A stretch of DNA of 63,681 nucleotides, the filler included, from Phoronis australis (taxonomy: Eukaryota > Animalia > Phoronida), in assembly GCA_002633005.1 (NCBI GenBank). It is 7 parts of 7 records of this genome, joined end to end, with 100 filler letters (N's around TTAATTAATTAA, not from the genome) between each part and the next. Parts side by side here need not be neighbours in the genome. Positions count along the whole stretch, not along the records: positions 1 to 17,574 come from NMRA01001259.1; 6 more parts are not named here. One strand, 5' to 3'. A model generated the notes under the pieces. It was not told where the DNA came from and ran no database searches. It saw only the letters and a program-made list of their open reading frames with translations. Positions 1 to 12,256 of this stretch are shown here, piece after piece (the first letter of the stretch is position 1; each line of letters begins with the position of its first letter). A program made the position numbers and the translations under genes.

Positions 1-398
1 CCCATTGGCGCCCACATGGTTTTTGCCTTGTACCCCCTTAGCTGTCACCTGAGGGAATTACCCTCTAAACTCCCAAGAGCAATCATTCAAATTTTATTGT
101 CCATGGAGGTATGAACTGTTATAAGGAAAGATAATTTGCCTTGTTAAGAACTCAAACATGAAACAAAACCGTGATAGATTTTGAAGGGAGCTTCAAAAGA
201 ATAAAAACAAATACAATTTAATATTGATTAAAATACACATTTTCTTTCTCATTCGATTATAAGTGGATGTTAGTTTACCTATTCTAACCATTTTTAATCA
301 CACAGTAATTTTATTGCACGTTGAACGTCATTAAAGTATGAATTCATCAGTGTTTACATTGTTCGGACTGCGCTCCTAAGTAAGTATTGATTATTCAC

Positions 399-565
399 CG
401 CTTGGAGCGCTAGTGTTTCGACCGGTAACCATTGCAGCGAATGGTAAAATGGCGGAGTGAACTCTCCTATACTCGTACACTCCTTGGTATGACCATGTTA
501 TTGGTGCCGTTGTTTTGCTGTCGATGCTATACTGTACATGGCCACGTGACTCAATAACCACCAGA
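399..565 (-). CDS. Candidate internal coding exon of an unidentified minus-strand gene (LVVIESRGHVQYSIDSK...PFAAMVTGRNTSAPS)
   Basis: Open frame bounded by TAG| acceptor and |GTGAAT donor, phase 2 to phase 1. Phase-compatible with the candidate exon at 5417-5582. Weak pyrimidine tract; no family recognised. Confidence 0.35.
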
Positions 566-3049
566 CTAGTACATATACATGTACGCAACCGAAAAATCAA
601 CTTCTACTTACTTACATTGTACTAGTTTCAAGAGAGTGTGTACTTTTAAAGTATCTAGTTTGTAAATATACGGCTAAATACGCCTACGTGCCGTTACAGT
701 ATTGGTTTAGCAGTTAGAGAGTGAATTGAACAAAAACAGCACCGCCTGTACAAACAATGACAAACTGAAAACGGTAGGAAAGAAGAAAAGGGAAAATTAG
801 TCAACAGCAATGATGTAACAGTAACAATAATAATGAGACTGCAGCAACAGCATTACATAATCGTAATATCAAAAACTGACTTGGCCAAATTTCGTAGGAA
901 AAGTTTTGGTCTTCAAGGGGCTTTATTTTCAAATTCCTCTAAAAAACTTACCACTTCGGTTAATCTATGAATTTTCAAGTAGGCTCAGTCATTAACATAA
1001 AAGTGAAATACAGCAGAATGGTGTACAACTAAATTGCCAAGAGTAACACAATAAACCTACAGGTTTATGGATAATTTCACGAATAAACAAGTGAAAAGGT
1101 TACAAAAATGATACGCTTAAACTAATATTAATGGATTGGTGCCAGGAAGGTAAAGCCCGCCTTCCATCACAAAATCTATTTTTAAATTGTATTGAATTGT
1201 TGTGATGAGATTGGACTCAACTTGTGTCTTAGCCATATTATTACAGGTAATTTCAGACTTTCTAGATAAATTACGGTGTTGGCTCCGCAAGTAAACTTGT
1301 CGCTTGTCTTATTTCACGTGCACAACATGATGTCAAGGAATGACGAACTGTCTGTTATTTACCCAGAAATACCCTCTCATCAGAGTAAAGGCCTTAGAGC
1401 ATTGTTAGAGCGAAGAGAAGTCAAAAGTTGAAGTTTTGGAAAAGTCTCAAGTGAGTTTTCATGAAAGGGCCTGTGGCTTTCGTATAGAATGTAACAAACT
1501 ACCTACATATATAAATATATGGCAAGGGTCAATTATATAAACCTTTTAAAAAGTTCATAATAGATGTTCAATTGTAGTTAGTGGTGTTTCTTTTATAATT
1601 GTTCATTGTACATAACATATCGTGAAAAAAGATTTATTCTGAGTTTAATAAATTTCATGACGCTAATGCTTTCAGAGATCCATACAGGTAAGTACTTCGT
1701 TTAGCCATTTACATCGAGAATTTCAACAAAAGTCTTGAAACTCTTAACATTTTGATTGAATTTATGAATGGTAAATGAGGACAGCCTACTTGGCTTCAAC
1801 AACACATTTGTTAAAAAGTCACGAATCGGAGCCTAACTTTAGGATTCAATGCAACTATTGAAACATTGTTTTCTAATAGCGGCGCTGCAAATTATGTTGG
1901 ATGTTGTTATATTGTGTCCTCGTTATAACCATGGTAACAAGTAGGGACAAAGAAGAGCTTCAACACGTGAACTGCAGTGTTATTTTTTACCTACGGTAAC
2001 AGAGCGTGGTCAGGTACAGGCCTACGTAAGAATACATTTTTCTGTTACGTAACTTAGAGTAGGCTACCCGTAAGCAGTTTAAACTGAATCCGAGATTGTA
2101 TCGAAGTAAGCTTACACACAAGTGATATCCAGAATTTTTTTTGCTAACACTGTTCGTTTTAGAGGCAGATGATACATGGGACATGTAATGTTTTCAAATT
2201 CATGTTACTCTCATTTCGAACACACAAAACTAATAAACGTTGTTGCCTGGTAGGCTAGGTTTGACCCGTGACCTCTAATTAAAAGAGCAATCTGAAAGAG
2301 TAGTGGACAGGTTTTGAAAATGCACAAATCTTGTGACTGTTGTGGTCGCAAAAAGTGTGCCATAAATGCAGCAGAAGTATAAAACAAATTTTTACTAATT
2401 GGAATTCATTGCAGTACAAGAATCGCGATGACTTGAGCAACAATTGGTGGAAAAAAGTGCGGTTGTTCAAACAGGACCTTAGGAACGACGATCGAACGTG
2501 AAAAACACGAGTGGGGCCGAGATCTAGGAATCAGTGTCCAGGTCAGTACAGATGTAAACGGTTTCGCTTTGGCCTCATGTGCCGCTGGGCCACCAACTGG
2601 CGTAACTGGTGAAAATGCAGTAATCCTTGAAATGCGACAGTTTGAGCTTCTTATGTCTACGAAAACTGTGTGAATGGAATGTTGTTACAATTTGAGCAGT
2701 TCGCAACATTTCATAGTCAAATGCGACCCTCTGGGACCTGAACGGTTTAGTACATGTAGATGCATATAGAGGGAGTGGACAGAACTGGAAGACCAACACT
2801 TACGCTGGTTTGGTTAATCGTCTAAGTGACTAATTGCACAGAAAATAACTTTGACGTACCTGTATAAACTATATCATTGATCCATTTTTCAATTTGTTTA
2901 TTCTCCCTGAGCTGACCTCCCTGAGTGCCAGGCGGGAGAGCCACAAACGCGCCGGGGACTCGTCATACCGAGGTGGCATGCCTAGCTTCCAGTTATCACA
3001 GACTCGGACTGCCCAGAAATTTCCAATCGCGAATTGCTTCAGCAATTAA

Positions 3050-5235
3050 TTGAACATTTGAACAAAGTGAGAAATGATATGTCTAAAGAAATTGATTCTA
3101 TCAGACTTCAGTATGGTGAGTTGTGAAGAGAGAATGACGAGCTGTGAAAACGCCGTGAGCGATCTTGATGACAAAATCACTACGCGACATTACAAACGGT
3201 TCTTGGAATCAGTTGACGCAGATAAATGTGTAGAAAACTTCGTTAATAACAACGGGCACTTGTGTCGGAAGAAAACGAAGATCCTGATATTTTTGATGAG
3301 TTTGGAACACGATCAGAAGACGGCGAGCATAAAATCGTGGCCATTTAATCTCGTTACTATTCGCAGCGTTACTCGCCCGGGAACACGCCAAACACAGTGA
3401 CTTGGCGGTACCTTTTCTCCCCCGCGCCGGCCCTATGAAAGTCACTATCGGCAATGCAGCAAAAAGGAATCTTGTTTTGAACCAAGCAAAGCATCTCAAA
3501 AAACAGAACGGAAGACATATCAAGAAAATTTTACACAAAGAAAAATATTCATCCCTTAATCAGGATGGAATTTGAAAGATTGCGCCAAGTTCAGCGAGAC
3601 GAGAATAACAAACCCGAAAATCAATGGACACATGTCAGATACGATAGGCATGCTACACACTCTGTTTTGGTTGATACACGTAGGTTCAAACCTGCTTTCC
3701 CTCATGTGATGTGTAGATAGTCTCAAAATACTATCGTTGAACATAAATGGTGCCACTTCTAAACATGAAGCATCAGACCACCTTAAGCTATTTTCTCAGT
3801 TTGATGTAGTTTGCCTTTGCGAGTTAAATGCTCATTTATCTTTTCGTTACCAGGGTTACATTGGTTGAGAAGTCGCATTATACCCGGTGAGGAGAACCGT
3901 GGGGTGGCGTCTGTGTTTAAGTCCCGTATGTGGAACGAGTTCCATGCAGTGGAATCATTGAAGGACCAATTGTGGTTCAAAATATCAAGTTTTCCCTTGA
4001 CTAGATTTGGGTTTATATTGCACCACGAGATTCACAGTTCTTTACAAACGACTCATTTGACATCGTGTGATTTACTCACTAACTCGTTTTATCGGAATGT
4101 TGTGCATGTTGTGTCAAAGATCCAAAGGTGTCGCGACCATCGATACAGTTTTCTTACTCTACCAGAGTTAGCCAAACTAATCCATCCTATGAACGATGTT
4201 AACTCTCGTTGCGAGACTATTACAAACTCCTTTGGGGGCCCAGGGGACTCCTCCTGGCTGCCGCAAGCAGAATGAAACAGCAAAAGCGTGAGGAAATATT
4301 GAGTTCAGGAGCTAGGTCCAAGGGGGGCTCAGACGCGGATACACGTAGCCGTTTTTTTAGTCCACCGGTAGATTTTCTGAACAGAAGGTCTACATCCTCG
4401 GTCCCCGCAACTTTCGGGCCGCCTGTGCAACATACAACCGCGCTTTGCCCAATTCCTCGAGGATGTTGAAACCCGCCCCCCCACCCTTATAATGGCCAAA
4501 CTAGTAACCCATCCTATGAACGATGATAATTCTCGTCGCAAGGCGATTACAAACTCCTTATATAAGGCTTGTTTTACTGCTACAATTACTGAAAATGTGA
4601 GCCAGTTAACCATCAAGGTACACCAAACATGTCTTCTTGTTGGCGTGGTATAATCTGAACTCTACAGAGGTATGGAAGCCTGGAATGGGTCATTCGATGC
4701 TTCTGCGGATGGCCAATTTTGTACCCACTACCGCCACCTTTTGTTTGACGCAACCACCAGTTTTGCAGAAATAGGCGATGTACACGTCCAGGTGTTGGCT
4801 GGTAACTTCACAACTGACGAGGTGTTTACCCGAATTTGTAAACTCAGTTCAAATAAAGCAGCAGGTACTGACGTGCTGCCACCAGGCGTACTTAAAGTGT
4901 TGGACGTTACTGGATTGTCTTGCACACAAGGTTGTTCAACAATGTGTTTAATCGCGAATACCCGGAACAGTGAGGACAATTGAAAATGTTTAATATCCAC
5001 AAAACAGAAAAGAGACTATTCCCTACAAATTATAGAGGTAACAGCATCATAAATGTTCTTGGAAAGGTGCATTACTCTTTACTAGAGAATCGTTTCTTAA
5101 TGTGGTACCGTCCGAGACCAGAAGAGGCTGGTGCTCGGAAAGGCAATAAGAACAAATACTAGCAAACAGACCTTTAATTGAAAGAGAAATTATACATAGC
5201 TTTCATTGACTATGAAAAGGCATACGACAAAGTCA
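3050..5235 (+). mobile_element. Degenerate non-LTR retrotransposon (LINE): ORF1 relic, APE endonuclease start and RT N-terminal half
   Basis: Coiled-coil-like ORF1 relic at 3074; KILSLNING endonuclease motif near 3725; RT motifs FTTDEV..KLSSNKAAGTD, PTNYRG.SIINVLGK and LYIAFIDYEKAYDKV (4810-5235). Many stops and frameshifts. Confidence 0.8.
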
Positions 5236-5416
5236 ACAGGAAGCTTCTGCTCCAGGAATTAAGAGATAAATGACGGTGGTAAACGAGTCGTTATTTGAAG
5301 TACAACAGGCCCGTAGCCAGCATTTCCCAGGGGTGGTTCGAATTTCTGGAACGGTGAACCTTTGATATTGTGAAAAGGCCGACCCGGTATAGTTTTCATT
5401 AAGGCCCTTGACGCAC

Positions 5417-5582
5417 CTTAAGTAGGGAGGTAAATCTGTATGCACAACGAAAACTCTCAGCTCTTTGTTCCTGAGATGAGACGAAAATGAGAATACCGTG
5501 ACGTTTGCTCGTAAAGAATTGGAGTCAAATTCGGATATGTAATGTGGTCCAGAACTAAGAGAACGCGTTACCCTCCACCAAA
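5417..5582 (-). CDS. Candidate internal coding exon, unidentified minus-strand gene (WWRVTRSLSSGPHY...HTDLPPYL)
   Basis: TTTGACAG| acceptor and AG|GTGCGT donor around a 166-nt open frame, phase 1 to phase 2; contains an NVT sequon. Confidence 0.35.
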
Positions 5583-5869
5583 CTGTCAAATCAAGCGTGC
5601 TTTTAAGCACATACTCCAACGGATTTTTTTAGTCTGAGAATGACTTGACGAAAATTTTATCTGGTCGTATTTTTGCGTGTTACTTAGTCTATATCGCTGA
5701 AAATGGGAACAGTCCACTATTCTGAAGGTTCACTACTCCGAAGGTTCATTACACCGAAAATATCTAAAATTTTGATCCCGAGATTAATTTTTATACGTTT
5801 GCATGCAAAAGTAAACGATACGTCGGATATTAGATGCGCTGAGTGGTGTACCTATACTGAAAACACCGT

Positions 5870-6660
5870 CCGGTACCTATTGATTTCATGTGGATACGAA
5901 AATGCCTGCACTTCTTACGAATACGGAAAACTACTGAAGCACGTTCTTATATTTTTAAAAGGATATCAAACCCGGATTTGGCTTTTGACTTTCCTATCCA
6001 GCTCTTTGAGACAAAATAATACTCTGTAACCATTAACAACCCTCAAAAGTTTAATGAGTTTGCTGACCGGGTAAGCGTGACTTACGCTTTTTGCGAATTA
6101 CACGACTGTGGGAAAAGTCCACCCACCAAGGACCGTATTATCCAAACTGTGACATGGGGTTTATAAATTTTCAATTGAATCCTCTAAGCCTTATTTTGAT
6201 GATTTCAACCAATCCTCGTTCTCTCACTTGCTGAGGCATCATTGGCGTCACTGTTGAAAGACAAAGCAGAAATCTACTAAGAATTCATACCCGCTATATC
6301 GCGAATTGGACATCAGGGTCCTTGGATGGTGGTCGTTTCCCACACATGCCGTGTGACTCTCTAAAAGCGTAGGTCACGCTTGCCCCTTTAGCAGAATTTG
6401 TAATTAGTTTTTTAATTTTCCTCTTAACTTTAGAGGGTTTTTGAGACGTAAGAGAACATTTTATTTTCAGAGAACTGGATGAGAAAGTCGCTTTTTGTAT
6501 CTGTTAATAGGACAAAACCGGTTTTGGAATACTTTTAACTTGGAAGATTGACACCAGTGATGCATCAGCAGGTGATAGAACGAGGATTGGTGCAAATCAT
6601 GTCATGGTTTAGTATCTTTTTAAAAGAATACGAAGCAGGGATATTTGAAATGCCTGCGCC
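5870..6660. mobile_element. Palindromic MITE-like repeat; related partial copy at about 7570-8080
   Basis: Imperfect inverted arms (6040-6135 vs 6318-6440). The block GTTCTCTCACTTGCTGAGGCATCATTGGCGTC near 6219 recurs with changes near 7804. Confidence 0.55.
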
Positions 6661-6858
6661 TTACAATACTATGCTATCAAGTATACCAAAAGAGCAGACA
6701 ACAAACATAGTTTCTGCTGTTTTGTTTCTTGTTCGATTTCAAGACATTCACGCTACACTACTTTTTGAGAGCTCTTTCGCTGCTCTAAAGCTTAGCTGCA
6801 TGTAGTAATAAATATTTACTTCTAGAGTCCGTTGTTACCCTATGGTGTATCGTTGACT

Positions 6859-7209
6859 AAATGGGTGGACGTTACGCCGTTAATTGTTGGAGGTGTAATT
6901 AATTGCGACGTAAAGAAATAATTTGTGACGTAAATCAATTATTTACTGCGTAAAGTAATTATTTACGGCGTAAAGAAATTATTTGCCTCGTAAAGTAATT
7001 ACTTGCGGCGTAAAAAACTTTGTAGAGCGTTAAATAATTATTTTCGGCCTAAAGTAACTTTTAGCCCCGCAAGTACTTTACGACGTAATGTAATAATTAC
7101 TTTACGACGTAATGTAAGAATTACTTTACACCGCAAATAATTACTTTACTCCTCTGCGCACAAGAATTAACTTACGCACGTAATTTGATTGCGTAACGTT
7201 CAACCATTT
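6859..7209. mobile_element. Foldback-type MITE with 19-bp TIRs and internal inverted arrays of a short unit (GCGTAAAGTAATTATTT-like)
   Basis: AAATGGGTGGACGTTACGC at 6859 and GCGTAACGTTCAACCATTT ending at 7209 are near-perfect reverse complements. Internal units switch orientation near 7060. Confidence 0.7.
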
Positions 7210-8252
7210 GGCTAACGATAATATCGACGAAAATGGTATAATAACCACGCGCGTCCAATGCCAATGAATGACGTAAAGCCTCCTCTAATCGTCTGCATGA
7301 GGATGTCATCTGCGCAAACACCACTCGGGCGAAGTTGGGCCCTGGGCCCAGGTAGGGCCCGATGATTACGTGATGCGCTTTGAATGGGAAGCAAATTCTT
7401 CTTAATTATAATTGTAGTTAGTAGTGCCAGTAGCTGCAGTAGATTTGTTGTTGTTGATGACGTCAATCTATATCCTATCTCTAACAGATAGGTTGGGGCT
7501 GGACCTTTTCCGCGGGGAGAGAGGGTTTGATAGAACCCCTCAAACCCCCGCTGGCTACGCCCTGACTCACCTGCACCTGAAAACTTTCTACCGTTTTACG
7601 GTATCTTATTCAACAGATGTTACTTACACTCACGAGGTGGCGCTTACGAAACAAATCTTTTTATCACATAAACTGATTAAAAGCAGAAAGCATTGTGTGG
7701 GATAGCGGTCCCACGTGACTTCAGAATATAGGTAGGATTGTTGCCCTACCAACATCTTAAAAAGGATATTAAACTCTGTTTTCGGTGAGTTCAAACAGTC
7801 CTCGTTCTGTCACCTGCTAAAGTGTCATTGGCGTCCCAGCTGAGTGATAAAAGCAGGATTCTTAAACTCGTTCTTTCTGCGTCACAGACTGGATATGATG
7901 GCGCTTTTTTGCGGTCCTTCTTACAGTTACATAACATGCCTAAAGCGTAAGCCTTACGCTTGCTCGCTTACCAGACTTTGTAAAGAGTTTAAAGTTTTGC
8001 CCGAAAGTTTTGAGGGTTATCGAGAGTTACAAGGAATTTTTTGGTTTCGGAGAACTGAGTATGAAAGTTGTTTATAATATCAGTGCTAGCAGGCCAATAT
8101 TAAGATTGGTATCGGCCATTTCCGACATGACACCTGCCGGTGCAGTTGAGAAACGACTTAAAAATGTAGTGCATTTGTTAAATTAATTTTTTGTGAGAGT
8201 TAGTTGTTGAACCTATGGATATAAAATACAAGTTTGTTTCAACATAGCGCAC

Positions 8253-8344
8253 CTTTTCGTCCAACCAATTTCCTCCACTGTATTAGCCATCAACTTCAGG
8301 AAGTCTCTCGCGTCCATGTCTTCATAGTCCTCTCTCCTGTACAT
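8253..8344 (-). CDS. Candidate first coding exon (MYRREDYEDMDARDFLKLMANTVEEIGWTK) of an unidentified gene
   Basis: ATG at 8344, 30 open codons with protein-like composition, and an AAAAG|GTGCGC donor (phase 2). A TGACGTCA palindrome lies about 80 bp upstream (8421-8428). Confidence 0.45.
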
Positions 8345-9679
8345 CGTTCACTCTTTAACTGCCAGCGTCCCGCAATAAAACGTCAATGAATCGATCACTC
8401 GGATTTCAAAAAAGAAAAGATGACGTCATGCTATTATGCTGTTTGATGACTTACCTAACTGTACTCACGGAATAATTTTGGCGCTTTCTATTTCTTGAGT
8501 CATTTTTTCTGCATACAAAAATAGTCCAATCATTACTTTTAAGATTATGTGGGACTTTTTGAAATAATTTCATTTATCTAATCAAACACTCAGAAAATAT
8601 AGACAAGCACTCAACAAGATTTTTCTGGTTTCGAAAGCAAGCGAGAAAGTAATTGAGGGATGTTTGGCAAAGTGAATTTAAATTAAACTGTAAAATTTTG
8701 TGAAAGGTAAGGAAGAGAGGCGAACTCTACAAAATCACCTTTACGTCATTAGGTCTCCCTGTGTGTCTGAAAAGTCATATAAATACAAATATTTTCCTTA
8801 TAACTTTCCGCAATACAAGTATGCATTGCCTCATACGCTATACTCTCATGCTGAACAAGAAAGTTCCAAGGAATTTACTATCACCACTAAACATTTGTTT
8901 CCATGAAAGATTTGGTACACTTTTTACCTTCCCTCAAAAATGTGGTCAAAATACAGAGGATTACCGCGAGTATTTAAAGGAATATTCAGAGAGGAACTGT
9001 TTTGGCACACGTCTTCACTAGTTGGCGAAACATCGCTATTAAACCAACTCCAAGAGTATAGTTTTCTGAAAGTAGAAAGTGTAGACATTTTATCGTTAAT
9101 TGGGTCACGTGACGATGTCTATTTAGCAAAGAAAGAAGAGTTCATTGATAACAAACTAGGTACATATCAATAACAAAACGATCATAATGTCATGTATCAA
9201 ACTTGCAATTACATTTTCAAAACTATAATTTTGTTTTGAATTTCTGAAACATTTTAAAAATAGAACCTAACAGCGTTTCTGAGAACAGAGCTCAGAACAA
9301 ATACCCGTAGCGTATGAAATGAAACGTGAATATGATCAACCATTTCTCAGCTGCGATATTACGAAGAATGGCGAACAATGTCAAAACACAATGCAACCTT
9401 TTCCGATGTAATCAGACTCGTTATCAGCATCAAACCTCAGTATCCTCAGGCGGTTGTTGAACGAGAAAATATAACCAGGATTAGTTTTTTTACAACAAAG
9501 GTGATCTCTTGCTTATTATATGACGTTTTTCGCGGTGAATCACAGACGTAGCAAGATTTACATAGTTTTAGTGTGAGGGAGCGAAACAAATTTGAGCGTT
9601 GGCTCCAATCAAACCTCAGTTGACACGGAATTCGTTTGCAGGCCAGACACTGTAGTATTCATGTTACTGATCGTTTCAG

Positions 9680-10857
9680 GGAACTGCATCGGTGCCACGA
9701 AGTGCAATGTTGAGCGATTCTACGCAGATGCAGTTCCTGCAGAACACTGACATGTTGAAAGCCAAGATAACTCTCGATGTGGGAAAGAATCGCTCTTTAG
9801 GTGTGCGTGAAAAGACGGCTGTTGGCGACCCTCGTGGGATACATGTACTTACGACAAATTCCTCAAACTCATAACACTCTAGCTAATTACAAAAGTATTA
9901 TTCCTCATCCGGTGTGTATACCGGCTACAGCGCCCTCTACATAGCTCTTGCCCTACCAGACGATGGCAAATTCGTGCGTTATAGACATTAGCACGGGCGG
10001 TCCAGCACTAAGAAAAGTGGGGGCTATAGTCCCCCAGTCCTTATGGTGCTCCGTGAATGATTCGCGAAGAAAACACGAGTGTCTAAAATTCATTTTGGGA
10101 GGAAGCTGGCGTAGAACACAAGATTCATTTGCGTATTGAGCCCGCGTTAGAAAGTTTACGTAAGTTTCAATTAAGAGAATGACGCAGGGGTCGCTTAAAG
10201 TAGAACATAAGTTTTTTCGAAGCAATAAAACAAAAGAATTGCTGTCGTCAATCGCATGCCCGTGTCACGTGACTGAACAGGACGAAGCAGCTCATTATCT
10301 AATATATTTGGTCAAGATTCAACGTAGACTAGTTGATAAACCAACCTTTAAAGAGATTTGGAACACGAAAGAACAGACTAAATTGCATTATCCAGAGTGG
10401 TTCAGCAGAATTGTACCTGCTCACCTCATACTGTTACGTTTTTTCGTAAAGATTTTGAATTTTTGTTGATGTCAAAGCATTTTTCGTTCAGTTTCAAATT
10501 TCGAAAAAAGACCACAACGATATTTATAGTCTTTTTGATGTTGTAATGAAAAGTATAACACTTTGTTCTCACTGGAATATTATTCAACAATACTGCAAAA
10601 ATACAAATGTATAACTCACAACTTTCAAAAAATATTCCCAGCGTTGGAACGCCACCTGTTTCTTTCTACTGAGAAACTTAATGTTTTTTGCTTGAATTTT
10701 GTAGACGATTCGTTCTGGTCGTGTTTTGGAGGAAGATAGCACTGACCCGTCCATCGTAGCACTGCGCGCCCTGGCGGCGAAACTTCACAAAGACGAAAGA
10801 ATCCACGTCAGCATGCTTGTGCTGGGAGATGGCACAACACTGGCCTTCAAGAAATGA
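9680..10857 (+). pseudogene. COMTD1/caffeoyl-CoA-type O-methyltransferase (Methyltransf_3) pseudogene, unprocessed
   Basis: Exon 9680-9782 GTASVPRSAMLSDSTQMQFLQ..MLKAKITLDVG. Exon from 9912 GVYTGYSALYIALALPDDGKFV, then a frameshift. Terminal exon 10705-10857 TIRSGRVLE...DERIHVSMLVLGDGTTLAFKK*. Intron 9783-9911 has GA..CG ends; central exons not found. Confidence 0.8.
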
Positions 10858-12002
10858 CGCGCGATGATAAATTTAGTTAAAAAAAAAACAGTGCAGTAAT
10901 ATGTGTCTGGTCAAGTGATACTAAATAAATATATTAAAATTTGTGACAAAATAAAACATTTGGATACTGTGTTAGTCTTATGATGAAGAGTGGAGTCCAA
11001 ATTACTTTCACTGGAATAAGTGAACATATTTGTGCATTCATTCATTAGCTCCTCAATATTGCCACTCTCCACGCGACCACAAGCTTTCTGGCTCAAAGCA
11101 CAAGCGATACCACAACCCAATATACAGCAAATTAGCTAACATACACCTCATCGTATGCAAATAGGTTGTTACTGCAGACTGCAATGTTACGTTATGTTAC
11201 GTTATGTTATTCCGATTGGGCGTACGAATACACTTTTTTCCCNTATTATTTTTGTTTTCTCCTCTGTTTTGGGCATTTTCAGTTAGGAAAATGTAACTCC
11301 CGGACTTGAACAGCCATTGAAACTCCTCTCAAAACAGATGAATTAAATTGCGGAGTTGCGCAACACCCATACGATAGAAAATGTTAACTCCGCAGCGATG
11401 GGAATAATCGCCAGAGGTACATGTATAGCGACATGCAGGTTTTCAATAGAGTACGAATTAGCTGCGCCTTCTGGTATTTAGTCCAGATAAAAAGGAAAAT
11501 TGATTCATGTCCCCAATGAACTATATACATATAGAGGTGACCCGACTGTACTCGCAAGCCAGACAGCGCGTGACACGCAGTCCGCTATATTGATGATGAA
11601 CGCTATGTAAACAAAAGCACGGTGGCCTTATGAAAGCCGGAAAATTTTCAGAATAAAATTTAAAATTTTAAATATTAACGATGTTTTAAAATATTGGTAA
11701 CAATGTAAACCCACCCATTGCGTAAACGGTCATATAAGCTATTGCAAAGACAAATTTCCTAATGCTTTGGCTGAAATTCTCACAGTGCTGCTAGATAGGG
11801 CCTGGGAGGTTTCGCCGGCTCAGTCGAAAACACAATCACTGAAATGTATAAAGTTTAGAAAATGGTATTACATTGGCAGAGTTAGGGGGGCAGGGAACCT
11901 GCCCTCTTCCCCCCTTGGCTGCCCAAAAATAAAACAGAAAGAGCGTGATGAAATATTGAGTTTACTAATCAATCAACATACGGCCTGGAGGATCAGAACC
12001 GC

Positions 12003-12120
12003 TGTTGGAGCAAAACAAACAGGTTCGGGGGGCTTTACTCTTTATTTACATATGTTGCGGTAGTAGGAGGCGTGATAATAGTAGTAGCAGTAGTAGTAAC
12101 CTGTTTGTTTTGCTCCAACA
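12003..12120. repeat. 118-bp TG...CA unit with perfect 23-bp inverted repeats directly upstream of the BEL/Pao gag; possible short or rearranged LTR
   Basis: TGTTGGAGCAAAACAAACAGGTT at 12003-12025 and its exact reverse complement at 12098-12120. Confidence 0.6.
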
Positions 12121-12256
12121 TTTGTAAAGCCAATGGCCTGCTGTTCCACTGAATGGACTGCGACATGAATGGACTCAATGCGTATGAGTGCTACAGTGAG
12201 TCATTTCTATAGTGTCTTGTGAAGTTCCAGTAAACTGGTAGTGTTCAACGGTTATC

